From NCBI GenBank assembly GCA_900554365.1, contig USGY01000004.1:3633-67632 (forward strand): DNA of 64,000 nt, in the 5' to 3' direction. Positions 1 to 10,358 of the stretch are shown one piece after another. The translations under genes were made by a program, and so were the position numbers. A model generated the notes under the pieces. The model did not search any database, was not told the DNA's origin, and was given only the letters and a program-made list of their open reading frames with translations. The stretch's first letter is position 1. Each line of letters starts with the position of its first letter. This DNA is from an uncultured Clostridium sp. (GTDB lineage: Bacteria > Bacillota > Clostridia > TANB77 > CAG-508).

Positions 1-2181
1 AACATTTTCTATATTTGTATAATATTTTTGGTTTAATTTAGCTAAAGGCATATAATATTTATTTGTGTAATCTACAAGCATTCTAGCTGTGCTGTATTTT
101 CCACCTGTTGATATAATTGAATTTTTCATAATTTCTATCCATTTTAATGGTAAATTATGATCATTTCTATCATAATATGTTGGTATTATTTTTTCTTCTA
201 ATGTTCTATATAAACTTTGGCTATCAGCTTGATCTTGTTCTTCATATGAATTATATTCTGCATTTGTTCCTATTGTCCATCCATTTTTTTGATTATAGCC
301 TTCTGCCCACCATCCATCTAGTACACTGAAGTTTATAACACCATTTACTGAAGCTTTTTGGCCACTAGTTCCTGATGCTTCCATTGGTCTACGTGGATTA
401 TTTAACCATACATCTACACCACTTATTAAATATCTTGACATTGCTATATTGTAATTTTCTAATAAGAATATTTTTCCTTTAAATTGTGGCATCATTGATA
501 CTTGATGAATATATTTTATTAAGTCTTGTCCTTCTTTATCTGCTGGATGTGCCTTTCCTGCAAATATTAATTGTACAGGTCTTTCACTATCATTTAATAT
601 TTGTGTTATTCTTTCTAAATCTTTAAATATTAATGTTGCTCTTTTATATGTTGCAAATCTTCTTGCAAAACCAATTGTTAATGCATTTGGATTTAATTTT
701 GATACAATTTCATTTATTGCTTCATAACTGCATCCAGAACGTCTTAATCTTTCTGTTGTATTTTCTTTTACAATTTTCAATAATTTTAATTTTCTATCAT
801 TATGGACTCCCCATAATTTATCATTTGGAATATTTTTTATTTTTTCCCAAACTTGATCTTGATACATGCTATCTTGCCAATATGGAATTAAATATTTGTT
901 ATATAATTCTTTTAATTTTGGTGCTAACCATGAACATGTGTGAATTCCATTTGTTACATATCCAATTGGAGCTTCATTTGATGCTATATTAGGCCATATT
1001 TCACCAAATAATTCTCTTGATACTGCTCCGTGTAATTTACTTACACCATTTTTCTTTCCAGCTATTTTTAATGCTAATATTCCCATATTAAATCCACTAT
1101 CTAGTTTATTTCCTGGTTTCATTCCTAATTTCATGAATTCATCTCTTGAAAGACCTAGTTGTGGCCAAAAATCTTTGAAATATTTTTCTACTAAATCTAG
1201 TGGGAATATATCATTTCCTGCTGGCACTGGTGTATGTGTTGTAAACACTGTTTTTGAGCTAGCTATATCTTTTGCAACATCAAAAGATACTTTCTTTTCT
1301 GCAATTATATTTTTTATAATTTCTAAGTTTAAGAATGCTGAATGACCTTCATTCATATGATATACTGTTGGATCTAGTTTTAAATATTTTGTTAATAATT
1401 GTACTCCAGCTTGTCCTAAAACTATTTCCTGGCGTATTCTCATTTCTTGATCTCCGCCATATAATTTTAATGTTACATCTCTATCTTCTGGATTATTTTT
1501 ATCTATATCAGAATCTAATAAATAAAGTTTTATTCTACCAACATTTATACTCCATACTTTTAAATATAATCTTCTTTTTGGGAATTTTACATAGATTATT
1601 AAATCATCCCCAATTTCATTTTTTACTGGATTTATTGGTAAATCATATAAATCAATTTGATTATATTCTGATTGTTGTTGTCCGTCTCCATCTATTTTTT
1701 GATTAAAATATCCATCTTTATATAATAATCCTACTGCTACTAATGGAATACCTAAATCACTTGCAGATTTCAAATGGTCTCCTGATAAAATTCCTAATCC
1801 ACCTGAATAGATTGGAATTGTTTGATCCAATCCATATTCAGCTGAAAAATAAGCTATTAAATCATTTTTCTCTTCTGGATAATTCTTGTTAAACCATGTA
1901 TTTTTGCTATTCATATATCCTTCAAATTCTTCTACAACTTTATCATATTCTTTCAAAAATGATATGTCCTTTGCTGAATTTTCTAGACTTTCTTGTGATA
2001 CATGTTTTAAAAATTTTACTGGGTTTTTATTTGATTGCTCCCATAAATCTCCGTCAATTCTTTGGAATAAGCGTAAAAATTCTGTATTCCATGACCACCA
2101 TAAATTATTTGCTATTGTTGATAATTTATTTATTCTTTTTGGTAGTTGTGGATTAACTGTAATTCTATTGAATAAATACAT
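1..2181 (-). CDS. glgP: alpha-glucan (glycogen/maltodextrin) phosphorylase, GT35 family; C-terminal end runs off the window
   Basis: Absent from the ORF track because no stop lies in the window. My own translation of the minus strand from ATG 2181-2179 (GGAGG upstream) gives MYLFNRITVNPQLPKRINKLSTIANNLWWSWN...IPIYSGGLGILSGDHLKSASDLGIPLVAVGLLYKDGYF. The frame stays open to position 1 and there is no competing minus-strand ORF. Confidence 0.8.
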   Translation of the reverse strand, partial: MYLFNRITVNPQLPKRINKLSTIANNLWWSWNTEFLRLFQRIDGDLWEQSNKNPVKFLKHVSQESLENSAKDISFLKEYDKVVEEFEGYMNSKNTWFNKNYPEEKNDLIAYFSAEYGLDQTIPIYSGGLGILSGDHLKSASDLGIPLVAVGLLYKDGYFNQKIDGDGQQQSEYNQIDLYDLPINPVKNEIGDDLIIYVKFPKRRLYLKVWSINVGRIKLYLLDSDIDKNNPEDRDVTLKLYGGDQEMRIRQEIVLGQAGVQLLTKYLKLDPTVYHMNEGHSAFLNLEIIKNIIAEKKVSFDVAKDIASSKTVFTTHTPVPAGNDIFPLDLVEKYFKDFWPQLGLSRDEFMKLGMKPGNKLDSGFNMGILALKIAGKKNGVSKLHGAVSRELFGEIWPNIASNEAPIGYVTNGIHTCSWLAPKLKELYNKYLIPYWQDSMYQDQVWEKIKNIPNDKLWGVHNDRKLKLLKIVKENTTERLRRSGCSYEAINEIVSKLNPNALTIGFARRFATYKRATLIFKDLERITQILNDSERPVQLIFAGKAHPADKEGQDLIKYIHQVSMMPQFKGKIFLLENYNIAMSRYLISGVDVWLNNPRRPMEASGTSGQKASVNGVINFSVLDGWWAEGYNQKNGWTIGTNAEYNSYEEQDQADSQSLYRTLEEKIIPTYYDRNDHNLPLKWIEIMKNSIISTGGKYSTARMLVDYTNKYYMPLAKLNQKYYTNIENV

Positions 2182-2275
2182 TTTTATATTTCCTCCTTCG
2201 TAATTCTTCTTTTATTTTATCGTTCGGTATTTTACGTATATATTATCTATTAAATATTTTCGTTTGTCAATGATT

Positions 2276-3529
2276 TTAAAAAATTCTTAAAATATCATTG
2301 TATGTTACTAATAAAAATATTGTTAGTATAATTGCAATTCCAAGTATTTGTATATTCATTTCTGTTTCTGGTTTTAATGGCTTTTTACGTATCGCTTCAA
2401 CTAATAACAACACGAATTTTCCACCATCTAATGCAGGAATTGGTAACAAGTTTGTCACTCCCAAAGATAAAGATATTAATGCCATCATTTCAAAGAATTC
2501 TCTAAATCCATTAGTTTGAGCAACCGCTTCTGAAATTCCAACAGGTCCCATCATTTGATTTAATCCAACTTTTCCTGTAAATAATTGTTTTAAATTATCA
2601 AATATTGATAAAACAAATTCTTTAGTTTGGATTTCACCATTTATGAATCTATTTGTAAAATTATCTTCTGTTTGCTCTAATTCTATTCCTAAATAATATG
2701 TTGAAACAACATCTGGTGTTAGACTTATTGTTACTTCTGTTTTTCCTCTTTTTACTGTCATTTCTATATTTTCATTTGCACTGCTTGCATGTAAAGCTTC
2801 TATTGCTGTATTTCTATTTCCATCTATAGAAATTCCATTTATCTTTAAAATAGTGTCATTTGTTTCTATCCCTTGTTTTTGGGCTACACTTCCTTTTTCT
2901 ACGGTAACAATTTTGCACTTATCATCTAAATATATTCCTGTAACTCTGTTTTTTACTTGTGTTGGTGTTATTTTATATTCTTCTTCTTGACCATTTTTTT
3001 CTGTTTTTAATTCAATTTCTTCGCCTTTATTTTTTTTCATTACTTTATCTAAATCATATTTACTTGATATTTTATGATTATTTATTTCTACTATTTTTTC
3101 TCCTTGTTGTAATCCAGCTTGGCTAGCTGCATATCCCTCTTGTACTAATTTTATTTCATTAGATATATATGTTCCAGATGTAAATGATAATATAAAATAT
3201 ACTATTATTGCAAATATGATATTAACAGTAGCTCCTGCAATTACTATTGCTATTTTTTTAGGAATACTTGCTTTAGAAAAAGAGCCCTCATTTTCTGATG
3301 CCTCTTCTTCTCCTTCCATACTTACAAATCCACCTAGTGGAATTAATCTAAGTGCATATTTAGTTTCTTTTCCTTGTTTTTTTAATATTGTTGGTCCAAA
3401 TCCAATTGCAAATTCATTTACTTTTACTTTACACAATTTTGCTACTGTAAAATGTCCCAATTCATGTATAAAAATTAAAAAACCTAATAAAACAATAATT
3501 TTTATTGCTATTAATAAATAACTTAGCAA
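2276..3529 (-). CDS. rseP: RIP metalloprotease RseP (site-2 protease, M50)
   Basis: 417-aa polytopic ORF. It has an HExxH zinc motif in the first TM (FIHELGHFTVAK), a PDZ-like middle region and an LPIPALDGG motif near the C-terminus. It follows cdsA, as in other Firmicutes. Confidence 0.9.
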   Translation of the reverse strand: MLSYLLIAIKIIVLLGFLIFIHELGHFTVAKLCKVKVNEFAIGFGPTILKKQGKETKYALRLIPLGGFVSMEGEEEASENEGSFSKASIPKKIAIVIAGATVNIIFAIIVYFILSFTSGTYISNEIKLVQEGYAASQAGLQQGEKIVEINNHKISSKYDLDKVMKKNKGEEIELKTEKNGQEEEYKITPTQVKNRVTGIYLDDKCKIVTVEKGSVAQKQGIETNDTILKINGISIDGNRNTAIEALHASSANENIEMTVKRGKTEVTISLTPDVVSTYYLGIELEQTEDNFTNRFINGEIQTKEFVLSIFDNLKQLFTGKVGLNQMMGPVGISEAVAQTNGFREFFEMMALISLSLGVTNLLPIPALDGGKFVLLLVEAIRKKPLKPETEMNIQILGIAIILTIFLLVTYNDILRIF

Positions 3530-3547
3530 TTTTATCCTCCTACTATT

Positions 3548-4351
3548 TTATATTAATGTAAATAAAGCATATGCAAATGGAGCTAAAAATATTAAACTGT
3601 CGATTCTATCTAACATTCCTCCGTGTCCTGGAATTAAATTGCTATAATCTTTTATATCAACATATCTTTTTATTGTTGATGCAGCTAAATCTCCTATTTG
3701 CCCTACTAAACTTAATATTAATCCTATTCCAGATACATATAAATATGAATAATTTGTGCCGAAATATTTATTTACGAAATATGTATAAATAAGCATTAAT
3801 ATTATTGCACCTAAAGTTCCTCCTATACATCCTTCTATTGATTTTTTGGGACTAACTTTGGTATATTTGTGTTTTCCAAAATGCTTTCCTACTACATATG
3901 CAAAAATGTCTGTTCCCCATGCTGCAATTATTGCATACCATATTAATATTTTTCCATTTTTCATTCCATCTATAAAAGCTACAAACATCATGAAAAATAC
4001 TACATAAAAAATTCCAATAAAAGTATATGCAATGTCTTTAAAATTTGTTTTCATATCTGTTGCTATTACTTGAGCAAATAATGCTATTAAAATTGTTGGC
4101 ACAGCCAATGTAACAACCATATTTAAACATTCTGATGGTATTATGTGGATAAATGCTATACTAAAACAACTTAAATACCCTAGCCATCTAACTGGTTTTG
4201 CAACTTTTGATATAGCATTAAAATACTCATCCATTGCAAGTAACGCTATTATTGCTAATGCAACATCAACAAATATTTTATTTCCTATTAGTAATATTGC
4301 AAGTACTAATGGGAATCCTAATAGTCCTGATGTAAGTCTTTTTATATCCAT
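3548..4351 (-). CDS. cdsA: phosphatidate cytidylyltransferase
   Basis: 267-aa polytopic membrane ORF with the C-terminal CTP-transferase signature STIKRYVDIKDYSNLIPGHGGMLDRIDS. Confidence 0.9.
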   Translation of the reverse strand: MDIKRLTSGLLGFPLVLAILLIGNKIFVDVALAIIALLAMDEYFNAISKVAKPVRWLGYLSCFSIAFIHIIPSECLNMVVTLAVPTILIALFAQVIATDMKTNFKDIAYTFIGIFYVVFFMMFVAFIDGMKNGKILIWYAIIAAWGTDIFAYVVGKHFGKHKYTKVSPKKSIEGCIGGTLGAIILMLIYTYFVNKYFGTNYSYLYVSGIGLILSLVGQIGDLAASTIKRYVDIKDYSNLIPGHGGMLDRIDSLIFLAPFAYALFTLI

Positions 4352-4372
4352 ATATTCCTCCGTAATATGAGC

Positions 4373-5086
4373 TTAATTTGCTCCAAATTTTCTTGTTCTT
4401 TTTTCGTATTCAATTATAGCATTATCTAAATCTTCTTCTGTAAAATCAGGCCAATTTTTGTCAATAAATAAAAATTCTGTATATACTAATTGCCATGGTA
4501 AAAAGTTACTTAGTCTTAATTCTCCACTTGTTCTTATTAACAAGTCCGGATCAGGCATACCCTTAGTATACAAATTGTCAGATACTGTTTGTTCATTAAT
4601 ATCTGCTATTTCTATTTTTCCATCTTTCACATCTTTAGAAATTTGCTTAATTGCTTTTATAATTTCATCTCTTCCACCATAATTTAATGCAATATTAAAA
4701 GTAACACCTGTATTATTTTTGGTTCTTTCCATACATTTTAATATACTTTTTTGCATTCCATCTGATAAGGCTGTGATATCTCCTAAAATTTTTACTCTTA
4801 TATTTTCTGTATCTGCTCTTTTGGCATAATCATCTAGATAATTTTGTAATAACATCATTAATGCTTTTACTTCATCTTCAGCTCTTTTCCAATTTTCTGT
4901 TGAAAAAGCATATACTGTTATATATTCTAGTCCAATTTTATTTGCATATCTTACAATTTTTTCTAATGTCTTAGCTCCTTTTTTATGTCCGTAACTTGCT
5001 CCTTTTCCTTGAGCTCTTGCCCATCTTCTATTTCCATCCATTATTATTGCAATATGTCTTGGCATATTTTCTTTGTTATGTTCCAT
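4373..5086 (-). CDS. uppS: isoprenyl transferase (undecaprenyl-diphosphate synthase)
   Basis: HIAIIMDGNRRWA near the N-terminus and LIRTSGELRLSNFLPWQ near the C-terminus, both cis-prenyltransferase hallmarks. Confidence 0.92.
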   Translation of the reverse strand: MEHNKENMPRHIAIIMDGNRRWARAQGKGASYGHKKGAKTLEKIVRYANKIGLEYITVYAFSTENWKRAEDEVKALMMLLQNYLDDYAKRADTENIRVKILGDITALSDGMQKSILKCMERTKNNTGVTFNIALNYGGRDEIIKAIKQISKDVKDGKIEIADINEQTVSDNLYTKGMPDPDLLIRTSGELRLSNFLPWQLVYTEFLFIDKNWPDFTEEDLDNAIIEYEKRTRKFGAN

Positions 5087-5100
5087 TATCTTCTCCCTTA

Positions 5101-5988
5101 TTATTTGTTTCGATTTTGAATATATAGAGCTAAATCTTTTAGAAATTCAGCTTTAGGTCCATATTTTTCTAAATTATGTATTGCTTCTTTTGTTATTGTA
5201 TCTAATATTTCTTTGGATTTTTCTAGTCCATATTTTGAAACATATGTACATTTTCCTCTTTCTTTGTCATTTCCTACAGGCTTTCCTAAAACTTTTTCAT
5301 CGCCTTCTTCTGACAAAATATCGTCTTTTATTTGAAATGCTAATCCGATTTTTTCTGCATATTGGCTTAAATTCTCTATATCTTCTTTGTCTGCATTTGC
5401 AAGCATTGCGCCCATTCTAACGCAAAGTTTTAATAAGGCTCCTGTTTTATTTTTATGAATATAATTTAGGTCATTAGTTGATATTTCTTTTCCTTCATAT
5501 TCTGTATCAACATATTCCCCAGCTATCATTCTATCAACAGCTGTTGAAAATTCGTTAAAAACTTGTAATTTCATTTTTAAAATTTCTGTTTCTGTATTTT
5601 TTAAATCTTCACTAATTACAATATATGCATTATTAAGAAGACTATCACCTGCTAAGATTGCTGTTGCTTCATTAAATTTTTTATGATTTGTTAATTTTCC
5701 ATGTCTAAAATCATCATTATCTATTCCAGGTAAATCGTCATGAATTAGTGAAAAGTTATGAACCATTTCTATTGCTACCGCATAAGGCATACATGTTTTT
5801 ATATTTTCATTAAATATTTTATATGTTGCTATTACCAAAATAGGTCTTAGCCTTTTTCCTCCTGCCATTAGACTATATTCTGTTGATTCATTTAAAACTT
5901 TTTCTAAACATTCTTCTTTTCTTAATTTTTCTTTCAATTTTTCATTTACGAGTTCTTGATATTCTTTTAGCTGTTTTTTAAATTCCAT
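5101..5988 (-). CDS. polyprenyl synthetase family protein (short-chain FPP/GGPP synthase-like)
   Basis: 295 aa with two aspartate-rich motifs, LIHDDLPGIDNDDFRHGK and FQIKDDILS. Chain length cannot be told from the sequence alone. Confidence 0.8.
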   Translation of the reverse strand: MEFKKQLKEYQELVNEKLKEKLRKEECLEKVLNESTEYSLMAGGKRLRPILVIATYKIFNENIKTCMPYAVAIEMVHNFSLIHDDLPGIDNDDFRHGKLTNHKKFNEATAILAGDSLLNNAYIVISEDLKNTETEILKMKLQVFNEFSTAVDRMIAGEYVDTEYEGKEISTNDLNYIHKNKTGALLKLCVRMGAMLANADKEDIENLSQYAEKIGLAFQIKDDILSEEGDEKVLGKPVGNDKERGKCTYVSKYGLEKSKEILDTITKEAIHNLEKYGPKAEFLKDLALYIQNRNK

Positions 5989-6029
5989 TACTATTCTCCT
6001 TTTTATTTATCTTGAATGTAGTAATAGTT

Positions 6030-6578
6030 TTATATTGACATTACTTCTTTTTCTTTTTTCTCTGCAATTTTGTCTGCTTCTTCAACATATTTATCTGTTA
6101 ATTTTTGAATTTCATTTTCTGCATTTTTTAAATCGTCTTCTGTTATATCTCCAGCTTTTTGATCAGCTTTAAATTTATCTATTCCTTCTCTTCTTACATT
6201 TCTAACTGCTACTTTAGCTTCTTCAGCCATTTTCTTTACATCTTTTACTATTTCTTTTCTTCTTTCTTCTGTTAATTCTGGGAATGACAATCTTATTACT
6301 TTTCCATCATTATTTGGATTTATTCCTATGTCTGATGTTAATATTGCTTTTTCAATCTCTTTTAATACACTTGCATCCCAAGGTTGAATTACTATTAATC
6401 TTGCTTCTGGAACTGATACTGCTGCAACTTGATTTATAGGTGTTTGTGTTCCATAATAATCTATTCTAATTTTATTTAATATTGCTGGATTAGCTCTTCC
6501 AGCTCTAATTTCAGATAATCTTTCACTGTATGTATTAATTACTTTTTCCATTTTTTCTTTTAAATTTGTATAATCCAT
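6030..6578 (-). CDS. frr: ribosome recycling factor
   Basis: 182 aa. Typical RRF sequence (LSEIRAGRANPAILNKIRIDYYG, VIRLSFPELTEERRKE). Conserved pyrH-frr synteny. Confidence 0.93.
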   Translation of the reverse strand: MDYTNLKEKMEKVINTYSERLSEIRAGRANPAILNKIRIDYYGTQTPINQVAAVSVPEARLIVIQPWDASVLKEIEKAILTSDIGINPNNDGKVIRLSFPELTEERRKEIVKDVKKMAEEAKVAVRNVRREGIDKFKADQKAGDITEDDLKNAENEIQKLTDKYVEEADKIAEKKEKEVMSI

Positions 6579-6616
6579 TTTATTCTCTCCTTTTTTGGGA
6601 AATATCCCTATTTATA

Positions 6617-7333
6617 TTATTTTACTATTGTTCCTATTTTTTCACCTTTTACAGCTCTTACAATATTTTCTGGATCTTCTATTGCAAATACAAGTAATGG
6701 CATATGGTTATCTCTACACATTGCTGTTGCTGTAGAATCCATAACTTTTAAATCTTTTTCTAATACTTCAAGATATGATATTTCGTCAAATTTCTTAGCA
6801 TTTGGATTTGTTGCTGGATCATCATCATATACTCCATCAATTGTTTTTCCAAGTAATATTATATCTGCTTTTATTTCTGTAGCTCTTAAAGCTGCTGCTG
6901 TATCTGTTGTAAAATAAGGATGACCTGTACCACAAGCAAATACTACAACTCTATTTTTTCCTAAATGTTTAGTTGCTTTTCTTTGAATAAATGGTTCTGC
7001 AATTTCTCTCATTTCAATTGCTGTTTGAACCCTTGTAAATATTCCTCTTGCTTCTAATGCATCTTGTAATGCTAACCCATTCATTGCTGTTGCTAGCATT
7101 CCCATATAGTCTGCTGTTGTTCTTTCCATTTCATGTCCGTTTCTACCTCTCCAAAAGTTTCCTCCGCCTACTACGATTCCAACTTCTACTCCTAATTCTA
7201 CTATTTCTTTTATTTTATCACAAATATTTCCTATTGTTTTAGCATCAATTCCAGAACCTTTTTTTCCAGCTAATGCCTCTCCACTTAATTTTAATAATAC
7301 TCTCTTGTATTTTAAATCTGACAAAATGTTCAC
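6617..7333 (-). CDS. pyrH: UMP kinase
   Basis: 238 aa with [12 protein letters not shown] and [10 protein letters not shown] motifs of the amino-acid kinase/UMPK family. Confidence 0.93.
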   Translation of the reverse strand: MNILSDLKYKRVLLKLSGEALAGKKGSGIDAKTIGNICDKIKEIVELGVEVGIVVGGGNFWRGRNGHEMERTTADYMGMLATAMNGLALQDALEARGIFTRVQTAIEMREIAEPFIQRKATKHLGKNRVVVFACGTGHPYFTTDTAAALRATEIKADIILLGKTIDGVYDDDPATNPNAKKFDEISYLEVLEKDLKVMDSTATAMCRDNHMPLLVFAIEDPENIVRAVKGEKIGTIVK

Positions 7334-7420
7334 TCTCCTTAGAAATTCTTTTTTCTCGCTTATTTTATCATAGTTTTATGAAAAATACATCCTTTTTTTA
7401 AGATTTTCTTAATTTTTAAC

Positions 7421-7465
7421 AATAAAAATAAAGCTCCAATTATTATTAAATAATTAGAACTTTAT
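7421..7465 (-). terminator. intrinsic terminator after tsf
   Basis: 15-bp stem (7428-7442 pairs with 7451-7465; its two mismatches become G-U pairs in the minus-sense RNA). It is followed on the minus strand by a T-run (A-run 7421-7429 on plus). Confidence 0.6.
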
Positions 7466-7483
7466 TTTTATTAAAACTTTTTA

Positions 7484-8362
7484 TTATTTTAATTGTTTCA
7501 TTACTTCTTCTGCAAAGTTTTCTTCTTTTTTCTCAATTCCTTCACCTTTTTCAAATCTAGCGAATTCAACAACTTCTGCATCATGTTCTTTTAATAATTG
7601 AGAAACTTTTTTGCTAGGATCTTTTACAAATTCTTGATCAACTAAGCAAACTTCACTAAAGAATTTTCCTATTCTACCTTGTACTATTTTTTCAGCAATA
7701 GCTTCTGGTTTTCCTTCATTCATTGTTTGAACTTTTAGAATTTCTTTTTCTTTTTCTAATCTATCAGCTGGTACTGCTGCTTCGTTTAAGTATTCTGGTC
7801 TAGCAGCTGCAATTTGCATACAAATGTCTTTTGCAACTTCTTTGTCACCTTTTTTCATATTTACTAAAACAGCAATTTTTCCATCTCCATGGATATATTT
7901 TTCAACTAATCCTTCAGATTCAAATCTTGCAAATCTTCTGATGTTCATGTTTTCACCAATTGTTGCTATTTTTCCAATTAATACTTCATTAACTGTTTTT
8001 CCAGGTTCTTCAATTGATTCTTGTGCTAATAAATCTTCAACATCTTTTGGATTTTTTTCAGCAACTTGTTTTGCTACATTAGCAACAAATGTTTTGAATT
8101 CTTCGTTTTTAGCAACAAAGTCTGTTTCAGCGTTTACTTCTACTACTGATCCAACTTTTCCATCTTCTGTTATATAAGCTTCTACTAAACCTTCTGCAGC
8201 AATTCTTCCTGATTTTTTAGCTGCTTTTGCAATTCCTCTTTCACGTAATAATTCAATTGCTTTTTCCATATCTCCATCTGTTTCTGTTAAAACTTTTTTA
8301 CAGTCCATCATTCCAGCACCTGTTTTTTCTCTTAGGTCTTTTACTTGACTTGCAGTAATCAT
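7484..8362 (-). CDS. tsf: translation elongation factor Ts
   Basis: 292 aa. N-terminal UBA-like [25 protein letters not shown]. rpsB-tsf synteny. Confidence 0.93.
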   Translation of the reverse strand: MITASQVKDLREKTGAGMMDCKKVLTETDGDMEKAIELLRERGIAKAAKKSGRIAAEGLVEAYITEDGKVGSVVEVNAETDFVAKNEEFKTFVANVAKQVAEKNPKDVEDLLAQESIEEPGKTVNEVLIGKIATIGENMNIRRFARFESEGLVEKYIHGDGKIAVLVNMKKGDKEVAKDICMQIAAARPEYLNEAAVPADRLEKEKEILKVQTMNEGKPEAIAEKIVQGRIGKFFSEVCLVDQEFVKDPSKKVSQLLKEHDAEVVEFARFEKGEGIEKKEENFAEEVMKQLK

Positions 8363-8403
8363 ATTTATTTCCTCCCTTTTATATAATATGATATTTTAAA
8401 AGA

Positions 8404-8423
8404 GTAGAGCAGAAAAGCTCTAC
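8404..8423 (-). terminator. hairpin between rpsB and tsf (possible attenuator or partial terminator)
   Basis: GTAGAGC/GCTCTAC 7-bp stem with a 6-nt loop, T-rich on both flanks. Confidence 0.4.
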
Positions 8424-8446
8424 CCTTCTTTTTTACTTTTTATATA

Positions 8447-9229
8447 TTATTCAGCATCTGTTTTAGCTTCATCATTTGCTGCAACTTCTTCTATACTTGT
8501 AGCTTCTTCTGATATTGGTTGTTCTTCTTGTTCAGCATCAAAGCTTTCACCTTGTTTTCCTTCGATAACGGCATTTGCTATAACATCTGCTATTAATTTT
8601 ACAGCTCTTATAGCATCGTCATTTCCAGGTATAACATAATCAACATCTTCTGGGTTGCAGTTTGTATCAACTAAACCAACTGTTGGTATTCCTAATTTTT
8701 TAGCTTCTAATACAGCTATTCTTTCTTTTTTAGGATCTACTAAGAATATAACTCCTGGTAATTCTTTCATTTCTTTGATTCCACCAAGGTTTTTCTCTAA
8801 TTTATCCATTTCTTTCTTTAATAAAATAACTTCTTTTTTAGGTAATACTTCGAATGTTCCGTCTTCTTCCATTGCTTCTAGATCTTTTAATCTTTTAATT
8901 CTAGTTTGGATTGTGTCAAAGTTTGTTAACATTCCACCTAACCATCTTTTATCAACATAGAACATTCCACATTTTAAAGCTGCTTCTTTCATGCATTCTT
9001 GTGCTTGTTTTTTAGTTCCAACAAATAATATTGTTTTTCCTTCTTCAGCTTGTTCTCTAATGAAGTCATATGCCTCATCTAATTTTTTTGATGTCTTTTG
9101 TAAATCAATTATATGGATACCATTTCTAGCTTGGAATATGTATTCAGCCATTCTAGGATCCCATCTTCTTGTTTGATGTCCGAAATGAACACCAGCTTCT
9201 AGTAATTGTTTCATTGCAACTACTGCCAT
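8447..9229 (-). CDS. rpsB: 30S ribosomal protein S2
   Basis: 260 aa. [19 protein letters not shown] is the classic S2 N-terminus. Acidic C-terminal tail. Confidence 0.94.
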   Translation of the reverse strand: MAVVAMKQLLEAGVHFGHQTRRWDPRMAEYIFQARNGIHIIDLQKTSKKLDEAYDFIREQAEEGKTILFVGTKKQAQECMKEAALKCGMFYVDKRWLGGMLTNFDTIQTRIKRLKDLEAMEEDGTFEVLPKKEVILLKKEMDKLEKNLGGIKEMKELPGVIFLVDPKKERIAVLEAKKLGIPTVGLVDTNCNPEDVDYVIPGNDDAIRAVKLIADVIANAVIEGKQGESFDAEQEEQPISEEATSIEEVAANDEAKTDAE

Positions 9230-9396
9230 TTTAAATTCCTCCCTTTTTGTTATTCTTCCGCCTAAGATCTTCGCTTTTTAGGACCTGATATTTCAGGCAC
9301 TTCCCGTAAAACTAGCTTAATGCGTGATTAATACGCTAACTATTATATCAAATGTTTTCCAAAAAAACAACCCTTTTGGCTCTTTTTTCTTAAAAT

Positions 9397-10299
9397 CTAT
9401 AATGTTGCACCTATTATTCCAGCTTCATTTCCTAATACAGCCGTTTTTATGTTTAGTTCTGTTCTTGGATTAAATAAAACATCTTTGCTTAATAATTCTT
9501 TTTTTAAATCATCTAAAAGTACAGGAGAAAAGTAAACAAAACTTCCACCTATTCCAATTGCTTCAGGCTCAAAAATATTTACCAAATTAGCTATTCCTAT
9601 ACTTAGATTTTTTATGTATTCTTTTCTTATTTTTTCTATTTTTTCATAGTCTTTATTTTCCTTATTGTTATTTTGTAATATTGCCATCAATTCTTTTCCA
9701 CTAGTATTTTCATCATATCCTAGTGATTCTCTTAGATTACTTTTAAAAGCCCTCATTGATGCATATTTTTCAAAACAGCCTTTTCTTCCACAATTACATG
9801 GTATTCCATCTTTTTCAATTACCATATGTCCAAACTCGCAACCTGATAATCCACCAGTATTTAATAGTTTTCCATCTATTATCATTGCTCCACCAATTCC
9901 TGTTCCTAATGTTAGAAAAACTACTCTATTATAATTCTTTAAAGCTCCATATTCATTTTCTGCAAGTGCTGCACATTTAGCATCATTTTTTATTTTTATA
10001 AGTAATTCAATTTGTTTATTTAGAGCTTCTATAATTTTATAATTTTTTAGTCCTAAATTAACTGATTTTACAACTTCATCACAAGTTACTATTCCTGGAA
10101 TTGCCATTCCTATTTCTGTTATTTTATATTTGCTTTGATATTCTTTTACATTTTCTATTATAGTTTCTTCTATTGTCTTTTTTATTGCCTTTTTTTCTAT
10201 GCCTCTTAATCTTTTTTCTCTTTTATCTAGTATTCTTCCGTCTTTATCAACTACTCCTATCGCTATGTGACTACCACCTAAATCTATTCCTATTTTCAT
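9397..10299 (-). CDS. ROK family glucokinase
   Basis: MKIGIDLGGSHIAIGVV sugar-kinase N-terminus, the ROK zinc motif GHMVIEKDGIPCNCGRKGCFEKYAS, and GIGGS near the C-terminus. Confidence 0.85.
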   Translation of the reverse strand: MKIGIDLGGSHIAIGVVDKDGRILDKREKRLRGIEKKAIKKTIEETIIENVKEYQSKYKITEIGMAIPGIVTCDEVVKSVNLGLKNYKIIEALNKQIELLIKIKNDAKCAALAENEYGALKNYNRVVFLTLGTGIGGAMIIDGKLLNTGGLSGCEFGHMVIEKDGIPCNCGRKGCFEKYASMRAFKSNLRESLGYDENTSGKELMAILQNNNKENKDYEKIEKIRKEYIKNLSIGIANLVNIFEPEAIGIGGSFVYFSPVLLDDLKKELLSKDVLFNPRTELNIKTAVLGNEAGIIGATL

Positions 10300-10358
10300 A
10301 GCTTTCCTCCTATTTTTAAAGGTTGAGAATAAAAATCCTCAACCTTTTTATTTTATAT

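Noticed and set aside
147-2203. Several plus-strand ORFs (147-329, 633-992, 1133-1345, 1335-1706, 1886-2203, 1896-2156).
   Set aside because: Their products are Leu/Phe/Ile-rich junk with no RBS. They lie antisense to a continuous glycogen phosphorylase frame on the minus strand. The same reasoning applies to the other antisense ORFs in the track, for example 3216-3521, 7824-8177, 8655-8960, 25771-26229, 35771-36091, 38550-39068, 44665-45039 and 62989-63651.
9230-9396. Structured rpsB 5' UTR (hairpins GCGT..ACGC and CCTGA..TCAGG, extended -10 TGATATAAT) considered as an S2 autoregulatory leader.
   Set aside because: The known rpsB leader motif is defined for Proteobacteria, and I cannot match it by eye. 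This remains only a plausible promoter/UTR.
10319-10349. Hairpin AAAGGTTGAG...CTCAACCTTT between pilC and the glucokinase gene, considered as the pil operon terminator.
   Set aside because: The T-run lies on the plus side only, whereas both flanking genes are on the minus strand. It may be an RNA-stability element, but it cannot be called a terminator with confidence.
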